Source of the DNA: Psammoneis japonica
Taxonomy: Eukaryota
Reading direction: 5' to 3'
Assembly: GCA_008632985.1 (NCBI GenBank)
Contig: QPGO01000095.1
Location: 183,681 to 247,680 of the forward strand
Length of the DNA stretch: 64,000 bases
The position numbers and the translations under genes were made by a program. The notes beneath the pieces were generated by a model. That model saw only the letters and a list, made by a program, of their open reading frames with translations, made no database searches and was not told the origin of the DNA. This document shows, in pieces, positions 1 to 10,363 of the stretch. Each line of letters begins with the position of its first letter. Position 1 is the stretch's first letter.

Positions 1-438
1 ATGGTTTTCCATGTTGGTCTGGTGCATTGCCTGTTCCTTGTTGAGATGATGTGTGGGCGGCTGTTGTTGTTGTTTGCAGGGAACCTTGGCAAAGCAGCAG
101 CAGCCGTTGTTGCGAGAGTTGCAAGGAAGAGTGGGACATGGAATTGCAACATGGGGATGCAGTCTGCAGCAGCTGGAGTTCACTTGTACGATGAAGTGAA
201 TTCCACTCATTCAATCATTCATCATCTACTGTGTCTCCATGTGTCATGCACCTGTCATTCAATCATTCATTCAAATCACATCTGTCTGTCCGTCCGCCAA
301 TTGGTGTTGTTTGTAGGCGCACAGCCGCCTAAACGTGATTTTGATTGATCGTAGCGCGCGTGCAACAATTTCGCGCGCAAGTCATTGCATTGCACGAACG
401 CACAACACACAACACTTCGTTCAACGCTTACTTCCACC

Positions 439-2202
439 ATGGCCGATTGGTTTTTGATTGTAGCCATTGTCGTGGCACTCATCGTGTTGCTGGTTGTTGC
501 CTTTTATTTATTGGTGTACTATCAACATCCCGATGACCGCAATGATGCATACTTTCCGAAAGCCGTCGTAGTAATAGGGTTTGTGATTGCGGGAGCAACC
601 GTGTTGTTGTTGCCGCTCGATGTGGCGAATAATGAAAATTATCCAGGTATGAAAATTTCTGTATATGTGTAAGATTGACACGATTCATACAAAAACTCTC
701 ATGGGGATGGTCTATTTTTCTTTTGCGTTTTAGGGTGCGAGGGATACGACACGGACCTCTGTGGTGGACTCAACATGCAACTCTTTTGGGACATCTTTTT
801 CTGGCTTATTCCGATTTGGGTGTTTGTGCTCATTCCGTTTTCCACCTTTTATTACGAAGCGGACGATGGCATGCTCATGGCGGGCACTTCTGTTGCTCCA
901 AATGCTGTGAAAAAGTCTAGATGTGCGCAAGCGCTCTGTGCTGAATTTGTCATCTTGGTAATCTTTGGACTCATTTTTGGATTGACGTACTTGTTCCTAA
1001 GCGACACGAAAGTTCCAGTCTGGGAATACCGCGGCGGGGCTGTGGTGAATGCAATCAATGCCCAAGTGGTCTACACGGTGGAACCGCGCATCAATGCAAC
1101 ATCTGGTGAGGTTCTTCCCTTTTCCACATCTCAGCTCGAGGATATGAACACCAATGATGGCAATTTTTTTTCTGGCAAGGATGATCCCACCTTTGACGGC
1201 GTAACGTTGACGGAAGGCAGTCCACACAAGATTACGGTTCAAGTCGACCCATCAACCTTTTTTGCAGGACTCATGGCGTGGCTAGGGTGGTTTTTATTCG
1301 CCATTTTTGGTGGTATAGGCCTGGCGGCGCTTCCGTTGGATTCAATTTTGGTCTTTAAAAACCGTCCCCGACACCTGGACGCGGTCGAGTTTGCCGATGT
1401 CAAGATGGGACTGCAGGAGAGATGCAATGAGCTGGTGGATATTGGAGAATTGCTAAAGATTGAACAAGATGCCAAATCTCAGCAAAGTGCTACTGGAGGT
1501 TTTTGGGAACGCCGCCGCGAGGCACAAGAAGACCGCAAGACGCTTTTGGAATTCAAACAGGCTGTCTACTTGCTCGAACAGGACGTTCAAGATTTTAACG
1601 CTGTGTCTGCCAACTATGAAAAGTACAATCCGCTCATTCCATACGCATCCCTCCTTGTTGGATTGGTAGCGATTGTACTGAGTATTTGTTGGATTTTACA
1701 GATTGTCTTGTACGTCTTGCCGGATCCTCCGGTGACTGGATTTCTCAATGACTATTTTGAGTGGTTTGACCGGTGGTTCCCGTTGTTTGGTGTTTTAAGT
1801 GTGGCGCTCTTCACCGTTTACCTGCTGCTGTGTGCCGTCAAGGGTTGCTTTAAGTTTGGACTCCGATTCATGCTGGTGGAGCTCCATCCCATGCGTGTCG
1901 GACGGACCTACATGTCATCGTTCATGTTCAACATTGGTCTGGTGTTGCTGTGTGCCTTGCCCGTGGTGCAGTTTTGTACGACAGCCTTTGCTAAGTACGC
2001 ACGTTTTACAGAAATTCGCAACATTTTTGGGGTGCAAATTGAAAACCTTGAATTCTTTGGTTGGTTTTGGAGAAACAATGTCTTTGTCTATGCGCTCTTG
2101 GCGATCTGTGCGCTGACGATGCTTTACCTACTTTGTCGCCCACGAGACACCAGTAAGGACAGCACGGAATTGCGGGATCGATTGCGAGCCAGAAGGGCGT
2201 AA
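439..2202 (+). CDS. LMBR1/LIMR-family multi-pass membrane protein; exons 439-646 and 734-2202
   Basis: ATG at 439 (MADWFLIVAIVV...YYQHPDDRNDAYFPK...LLLPLDVAN). GT at 647 and AG at 732-733 join in frame to the 475-aa ORF. Typical LMBR1 segments (PFSTFYYEAD, GWFLFAIFGGIGLAALPLD, HPMRVGRTYMSSFMFN) and many hydrophobic helices. Confidence 0.9.
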
Positions 2203-2828
2203 TGAAATATGATTCAGCAGTTGTTGTAGTTGAGCGGTGCCAGTAATAGGATGGATAACACAAAGCTATAGAAAGTGCATTTCTCTGCTGCTGGTCTCAT
2301 TGCTTGTGCTGCGTGCCTCATTTACGTCGTCGTCTTGTTGTTCTCATATGTTTTTCCTTCGTGCCCCAGCTACACCGTCGTCTTATTGCCCCACCAAGTG
2401 ACAGACTGGTTCATCGCAGGGTTGTTCAAGAAATGAACAGTAGCCGGCACGAACTCAGAACTGCTGCGCCAGTTTTGGCGGGGAGTCATGTCATGGGTGC
2501 TCTTGTCAGGACTTCAGACTTTGTTTCCTTCCAAGCAAAACCACTCCTTGTGTCCAACCCCCCACTGGTCTGCACTGTGGTGTCTCCTTGTGGTTTTTCT
2601 CTGTGGGACTTGCAAAAGAGGAAATGCACCCCATGTTGCTTGTCATGTTGGCTGCACTTGCTGCAACAGCCACAGGAAGTGACTGGCAATGGTGGGTGTC
2701 TGACTGATGAGCAGCATGGAAGTCACCCTGGTCAGGGACAGCAAAGAGAGCTTCTGCATCCCCTGGGAACTGCATGCACAAAAGACAAACATGCAAACAT
2801 CTCAGTGACTCTCTGACCTGATCTCTCC

Positions 2829-3104
2829 TGACAGAAATTGAAGGCAAATGGCAAGAATTCAAACAACAACTCCTTGCTGCTGTCTAAATGGCAGATGAGT
2901 CTCCGCTCAGAGACCGTTGCAGGAGCCGAAAGACGTGTAAGTCAGTGCAATCGGGCCACTGTTGTCATTCTTGTGAGCCTTGTGGCTCGAAAGCAAACTG
3001 CATCGCTCGTGAACGCGCGGAACCAAAGCACACAAAACTGTGCACGGTAAACTAAACAGCGCGCGATGCTTCGCGCGCACCTGAATCCTGTTCAAATCCT
3101 GTCA
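2829..3104 (-). repeat. 3' LTR (outer) of copia element 1, heavily TpA-mutated
   Basis: Aligns end to end with 10088-10363; 15 differences by eye. Confidence 0.95.
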
Positions 3105-4275
3105 CTCCCCAGTTTGCTTGAGGAGCCACAGAAACAGATTCGACTTCGGATGGAATGAAGTTCCAGAACATGAGGGGGCGGAGAAGGTCCCAGATTTGGG
3201 AGTGACCCCAATGCTTGCTGAGAATGTCAGCAGGGTTGCGGGAGCCTTCGATGAAGTGGAACTCAAGGTGACCAGAGGCAATTGCCTCACGCACATGGTG
3301 GAACGACAGTGCGGTGTGTCGCTTGTGTAACTTGGAGTGCGGGATGGTGGCACTGTCTACAACCGACTTGTTGTCACCGAACATGTAACTGACGTTACGG
3401 ATCGGGACGCCAAGGCAGCGCAGGGTGATGCGCAGGTCGACAATCTGCTCAACACAAGTCCTTGCGGCAACAAATTCAGACCCGCAGGTCGCAGTCTCCA
3501 CGGTGGCTTGTTTCTTAGAGAACCAATCAGCCGGGAATTTGTTGAGGAAGTGGAGCATTCCCATGACAGAGCGTCCGGTGAGCATGCAATGGTGCAAGTT
3601 TGCATCGACGTAGTGGGTGGCAGTGACGAACTTGCCAAGGGGCGGTGGAGCGTCCTTCGGGATCATCTCTTCTGCTTCACCACACACGGAATGCATCCAT
3701 TCACAGGCCGGAGCAGGGAGATCCGAATGGTCGGGCTCTTCCGCACGAACGCGGAGAGCACCGTGTCGCATCTTGGAGAGGTGCCCACAGACGCGTTTGG
3801 CACGATCCAAGTGGCCTTGACGGGGCGCAGCTCGGAAGCTAGAGAGTGACATGACGGCCGTGGCAATGTCAATTCGACCAAGGGACACTGCCCATTGGAG
3901 TGAACCAACAAGAGACTGGAACTTGTGAATGCCATCGGGTCCCAGCAGTTCGGAAGTGTCCAGTTCGGGGTGGTCACCCTTCTCTAGAGGTGACAGGGCG
4001 TTGGTGGCAGGTTTCTCCCCAAACAGTCGGGCACAGCTGTCGACCATGCGCTCGATGTACTTGCGCGGAGACAGGCACAAGGTTCCGTCGGGTTCCCGGG
4101 AAAAGTCGCAACCCAGATGGAACTCAATGGGTCCCGCACCCTTGAGCTTGAACTTGTGCTTTTCCGTGAGAGTGTCGACGAAGGATTGAGGGTCCTTCAT
4201 GGCAATGGCGAGGTCATCCACATGGGCGGCAATGCATTCATGGTGGTCGCCGTTCCTGCGCATCCAAATGTCGGG
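3105..4275 (-). pseudogene. Extra copy of the 3' part of pol (RT C-terminus + RNase H)
   Basis: Near-identical to 4552-5722; RT motif reads HVDD instead of YVDD; ends abruptly at the internal LTR. Confidence 0.9.
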
Positions 4276-4551
4276 TGACTGAAAATGAAGGCAAATGGCA
4301 AGAATTCAAACAACAGCTCCTTGCTGCTGTCTAAATGGCAGATGAGTCTCCGCTCAGAGACCGTTGCAGGAGCCGAAAGACGTGCAAGTCGGTATGATCG
4401 GGCTGCTGTTGTCATTCTTGTGAGCCTTGTGGCTCGAAAGCAAACTACATCGCGCGTGAACGCGCGGAACTAAAGCACACAAAGCTGTGCACGGTAAACT
4501 AAACAGTGCACGATACTTCGCGTGCACCCAAATCCTGTTCAAATCCTGTCA
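4276..4551 (-). repeat. Internal (second 3'-type) LTR of copia element 1
   Basis: Full 276-bp LTR copy adjoined by the PPT complement CTCCCCAG at 4552. Confidence 0.92.
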
Positions 4552-7500
4552 CTCCCCAGTTTGCTTGAGGAGCCACAGAAACAGATTCGACTTCGGATGG
4601 AATGAAGTTCCAGAACATGAGGGGGCGGAGAAGGTCCCAGATTTGGGAGCAACCCCAATGCTTGCTGAGAATGTCAGCAGGGTTGCGGGAGCCTTCGATG
4701 AAGTGGAACTCAAGGTGACCAGAGGCAATTGCCTCACGCACACGGTGGAACGACAGTGCGGTGTGTCGCTTGTGTAACTTGGAGTGCGGGATGGTGGCAC
4801 TGTCTACAACCGACTTGTTGTCACCGAACATGTAACTGACGTTACGGATCGGGACGCGAAGGCAGCGCAGGGTGATGCGCAGGTCGATGATCTGCTCAAC
4901 ACAAGTCCTTGCGGCAACAAATTCAGACCCGCAGGTCGCAGTCTCCACGGTGGCTTGTTTCTTAGAGAACCAATCAGCCGGGAATTTGTTGAGGAAGTGG
5001 AGCATTCCCATGACAGAGCGTCCGGTGAGCATGCAATGGTGCAAGTTTGCATCGACGTAGTGGGTGGCAGTGACGAATTTGCCAAGGGGCGGTGGAGCAT
5101 CCTTCGGGATCATCTCTTCTGCTTCACCATGCACGGAATGCATCCATTCACAGGCCGGAGCAGGGAGATCCGAATGGTCGGGCTCTTCCGTACGAACGCG
5201 GAGAGCACCGTGTCGCATCTTGGAGAGGCACCCACAGACGCGTTTGGCACGATCCAAGTGGCCTTGACGGGGCGCAGCTCGGAAGCTAGAGAGTGACATG
5301 ACGGCCGTGGCAATGTCAATTCGACCAAGGGACACTGCCCATTGGAGTGAACCAACAAGAGACTGGAACTTGTGAATGCCATCGGGTCCCAGCAGTTCGG
5401 AAGTGTCCAGTTCGGGGTGGTCACCCTTCTCTAGAGGTGACAGGGCGTTGGTGGCAGGTTTCTCCCCAAACAGTCGGGCATGGCTGTCGACCATGCGCTC
5501 GATGTACTTGCGCGGAGACAGGCACAAGGTTCCGTCGGGTTCCCGGGAAAAGTCGCAACCCAGATGGAACTCAATGGGTCCCGCACCCTTGAGCTTGAAC
5601 TTGTGCTTTTCCGTGAGAGTGTCGACGAAAGATTGAGGGTCCTTCATGGCAATGGCGAGGTCATCCACATAAACGGCAATGCACTCACAGTGGTCGCCGT
5701 TCCTGCGCATCCAAATGTCGGGTTCGGCGCGGCAGGGGAAGAAGCCTTCAGCTCGCAGGCAGTCGGCGAAGCGCTCGTGCCAGCGGAGACCGGAGCTGCG
5801 CAGTCCATGCAGTGCCTTGTGGATGACAAGGATGTGTCCTTCGAGTTTGCCAAACTCGGGTCCAGCTGCAATGTAAAGCTTCTCCTTGGTGGTGGCTTCA
5901 AGGCAGGCATTGCCAATGTCGGTGGCCCATGTCTCCAACTCGTTGAGTTCGGCCAGGAAAATCATCAGCCGAAGGCCATGGAGGGAGACTGCTCCGGAGC
6001 AGACACTGTCGACAGGTGCGTCCGTGAGGTGCCCGTCGGCTGCGAGTCGTGCCTTGTGGCGACCGTCGTGTTTCACGTCGCACGCTAGGTGCACTCGGAT
6101 CTTCTTGTGTCCCGCAGGAGGAGTGGAAGACTTGAAGGGCCCGCAGTCATGGAAGACTTCGTATTCGTCGAGTTGGTCCATCTCGAGATTAGTTGCGTCT
6201 CCCCACTTGCGGTTGCCGTTGCGTTCGTCTAGTGACATGGCGTGTTTGCAGTTCCGGGGAACTTCGCATCCACACTTGCAGCGAGGTGCAGTGCGGAAGG
6301 AGCGAAGCTTAGCTTGGTTGCTGGTGAGGCTCACTTTGCCAGCTGGAGATGAAGAGGGCTCGTAGGATCCCGAGCACCTTGTTGCTGATCTCAACTTGAG
6401 CACGGTCGCCAATGAGTTTGGATGGGGCACCACGCTCACGGATCTGATCCTTGAGTGTGTTGACAAACTCTTTGTCCGTCTTGGTGCCGCAGACGTCAGT
6501 GACGGTAGACTCGGTGCCAACAAACAGTTGGGTGCTGGTGCAACCAGAGTCGACGGCCGGGGTGTCGGCACAAACGGTGTCAGTGGCGACAGGCTCGTTG
6601 CGGCGGTGCACATTAAGGGCGGGGTTGGGTGATTTGTAGGCCTTGCGAAGGTGTGTACTGGCGGGCATGCAGGCGTGCTGCGTGGTGCAGTCAAAAGCAC
6701 GACGGACCGTGTCGGCAGGTAAGAAGCCAAAGCAAGGCCGAAGAGACTCGAAGGGGGGGTCCTTGGGCTGTACAGTGCGCTCCGGAGGTGGAACATTGTC
6801 GCCCTGGGGGCCAATCGCATGCAGATGACACTCGTAGAACACGTCGTCGTTCGGAATGAGGTGATCATCGAGGGCGGATGCGTGATCGGCAGACAAGGAA
6901 GCGGACATGATGGTCTCGTTGACAACGACACGATGACGGCAGTTGCCGCATTCGTCAAATGGGTTGGCAGTGGGATCGTCCTGTGGGTCAGAGATCACGT
7001 CGCACCACTGGTCGTCGTCAGTGACAGAGTGATCGAGGACGGAAGGGTCCCATGTGTCATCACCGGTGAGGATGACATGGGGCAGGGTGTCCCATTCGGC
7101 GTCAGTGCAAGGTCGCATGGCAACATGAGGCAGGCCAGCCTTGATGTCAATGGGGATGACATAGCCATCAGGAGTGGCAATACGTTGCAAGCCGTTGGGC
7201 ACCTTGACAGAGCGATCGTTGACATCCTGTTTGTGCCATTCGAGCTGGCCGCAGGAATGGATGGTCTTGCCCTTTCCCGTGTGAGCGCACTGATGGAGGA
7301 TGGCGATGACGGGACCACGCTGGGTCTCAACAACGGCACCAGCGGTGACAATGGGGATGTCCACCAATTGATGATCGTCAATGCCCTGAACGTCGACTTG
7401 GCGAGAGGTGCGTGCAATGACGCGAACGTCGTCGCCAGCAATGCCGCCGTTGGCCCCACGATCAACTAGAGCACCAGTGCGTGTGGAGCGATGAGCAGAG

Positions 7501-9158
7501 GCAGAGTAAATGACATTGTGGTTGTTGACGCGGCGGCAAGTGCGGCCGTTAAGTTCCATGTCATCTGCAGAAGCTGGCGGGGTAGAGGAAGCGGCGGATG
7601 GCCCCGGTCGACTGGCATTGTGGGCTTGGTTAGGAGACAACAGACGTTGCAGATCACCGGGTGGCAGTGGCTTGCGCTTGGTGAGGTGCGCCAGGATGGG
7701 ATTGTCCGAAGTGGCGTCCACATGTGGAGCGGAGTCACCAGAGTCAGCAGGAGTCGTGTTGGACAAGTTGACATCACCGTCACTCCCAAGGTGTTGGTCG
7801 TGAAGGTTGGCCGTAACAGACTCATGGTGGTTGCTGGCTCGCGGGTTGCGGGGAGGTGGACGAGAATGCTCAAGGATGATCGCCTTGGAGGAATCGGGCA
7901 ACGAATCCCAGAGCCGTTGGTGGTCGGGAGGGAGACGTCTCCATTGGACACCGGTGAGGCTGGGACCGCGGGTGCAGGCAGCATTGGCTTGAAGGACGTC
8001 AACGTCGCTGTCAATGTCGTAGAACACATCGTCGGACGGTTCCTCGGAGCAGACGTCGTGTGCGCACATGGCGCGTCGGGGAGCTCGAGGTGTCGTCTTG
8101 GGTTGAAACGTGCTGTCGTGCTGAGCTGCCGCGGAGAGGAGCAAGCCACAGTGTTGATCGCATGTGAGGCTCTTGCCACTCTGCGTGCGATGCTGATCAG
8201 CTTGGTTCTTGACAGCACGGAGTTCCTTGACAGGGTGCACGGCATTCTCGAGCATGACGCGCTTCTGTCCTTCAGAGAAGTGGTCACTGGCCGGGATGAG
8301 TGCCTCGCACTTGCGCAACTGATCTTGCCAATGAAGGATGAACCCGTGGGTCGGACCTTTCCAAGTGCCATCACCAAGACGCGCGGTGGTGAGGCACGTG
8401 AGCAGGGTGGAGGACTCGACAGATGCGCGAGTGGAGGCAAGCGCGTGCTCAGACAAGGAGCGGTGGACGGTCTGTGCGTCAGAAGACCCCACATTTTCGC
8501 GGATGAGAGCCTTGCCCTTGTCGGTGAGAAGGATGCGTTCGAAGATGGCGAACACGCACTTTTGCTGTTCAGCAAAGAGCAGTTTGTCTTTGGGGCTGGT
8601 CGGTTTGTACGACGAGTCTAGAATGCACTCGACGTCTTGGGCACGGGCTTGTGCCACAAGTGAGGTGTGCCAAGTGTGCCACTGCTTGTCGGATTTGAGA
8701 GCCATGAAAGCGGTGGGATCATGCTTGATGCCTCGCTTGAAGTCCCGCACCGGGTCGCGTGCCTTGGTCGGGTTGGTGACATGTGGAGGTGCAAGGGGTG
8801 AGCTGCCGATGGACACAGAAGACATGCAGTCGGGGCTGAGGCGGTGGGCAAGGAACTCGTCATGCGCGAACAAAGAGGAGTCGTTGGCAACGTCAAGACC
8901 TTTGTGTGCTTTAACAATGTACAGACTGACCAGTGCTGCCAACATGTTCTCATGGCCACGGGGCAAAGGGATTGCATTGGCGCCGTTGTCGCACTCAAGC
9001 GAGTCGATTTGGGGCGGCATGAACGTGAATGGTTCCTGATGTGAGTCCGTGCCGTCTTGGGCCAAAGCCAAACAAAGAGGACTCCCAGCACCTTGGGCAA
9101 GCACGGTTCCAACCACATGCTCGAAACCATCGGTTTGTTGCTGACGAGTGAGAACCAT
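4499..9158 (-). pseudogene. copia gag-pol of element 1 (gag, protease, truncated integrase, RT, RNase H)
   Basis: Probable start MVLTRQQQ at 9158; protease LVDRGANGG; RT YVDD; RNase H YVDANL...GDNKSVV...NPADILSK. About 1010 bp of the integrase region is missing relative to element 2 (junction ~6317-6320), with a frameshift. Confidence 0.92.
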
Positions 9159-10087
9159 GGCAGACAAAAATGGCGTCAGGACAATCAATTCTGGTTGGGA
9201 AGCGAAGGCAGACTCGAAACTTGGGTGAGAACAGACTTGACTTGAAATCTTGAACTGTCTTAAAATCAGAAGTCGCCGGGCTTTGTTGTCCCGTTCGTTG
9301 TTGAGTGCTAAACTTCCCATCCGGTCCGCAGAGTTGTGCCGGCACGTCCAAACCCGCAGCCAACGGCGCTTTGGGTTGCTTGCGAGCGGAGTGGCGGGTT
9401 GTAAACCCCTGCAGGTGAGCTGACTGGAGGTGGACAAGACCCCCGAACCGTTCTCATTTTATGTTGGTTGGATTTCCCGATCAGGCTGGCCAGTTGACGC
9501 AGGCGTCAGGCGCTGTGGACGAACGAACAAACGTGGGAAAGCACTCTCGCCCCAACGCAGGCTGCAACCACGGCTGCTTGCTCTCACAGTCGTCCTCGTG
9601 GACCTGGCAGAACTGCAGAGCACCAGTAGTCCGGGGTAGATCAGGTACAATGGACTCGGTGTGCCTGTAGAGTGGCAGCAAAACCGCAGTCCGAAGAGTG
9701 GGTGCAGGTTCTTGGCCGTGAAGACACACACATGTATATATATATATGTCTTCAGCGACGAAGATCCTTGAATATGTAGGGTTCTTGACCGTTAACCGAT
9801 GAATGGGTATATCAAGGGATGAGGATCAAGGATAGACTTGGATATGACCGTTGAATGTATGTCTTCAGCGGTCAAAAGTAGTATAATCAATCCAGATATC
9901 CAGCGGTAAGGAGACTTGACGGTGACGTTAACTTCCTGCCGATGCCCTGGTATCGAATGCGCGTAGACTTGCCGATGTATGTAGAATATATACGGAGGTC
10001 CACGTAGAATTGAAATAGCGTCGTTGGTAAATCAACGACGACGATGGCGGTTGCTCAATGGGTTGACAATGAGCAAGACTGTTAATC

Positions 10088-10363
10088 TGACAGAAATTGA
10101 AGGCAAATGGCAAGAATTCAAACAATAACTCCTTACTGCTGTCTAAATAGCAGATGAGTCTCCGCTCAGAGACCGTTACAGGAGCCGAAAGACGTGTAAG
10201 TCGGTATAATCGGGCTACTGTTATTATTCTTGTGAGCCTTGTGGCTCGAAAGCAAACTACATCGCGCGTGAACGCGCGGAACTAAAGCACACAAAACTGT
10301 GCACGGTAAACTAAACAGCGCGCGATACTTCGCGCGCACCTAAATCCTGTTCAAATCCTGTCA
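10088..10363 (-). repeat. 5' LTR of copia element 1, apparently unmutated (17 TpA present)
   Basis: TGACAG...CTGTCA, flanked by TSD TCTCC and a PBS-like sequence. Confidence 0.95.

Larger units (their letters stand above)
2829..10363 (-). mobile_element. Ty1/copia (CoDi-like) LTR retrotransposon, composite three-LTR structure, defective
   Basis: 276-bp LTRs (TGAC...TGTCA) at 2829-3104, 4276-4551 and 10088-10363. 5-bp TSD TCTCC at 2824-2828 and 10364-10368. PPT-like GGGGAG next to the 3' LTRs. gag-pol homology on the minus strand. Confidence 0.95.

Noticed and set aside
7466..8621. Long antisense/alternate-frame ORFs over copia gag (also 52163-53318) as extra element genes
   Set aside because: GC-rich and TA-depleted sequence has few stops; no recognisable domains.
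2829..10363. Classical RIP (CpA->TpA) acting on the 5' LTRs
   Set aside because: Conserved Tyr motifs and divergent TG vs CA outcomes at the same site show TA is the ancestral state.
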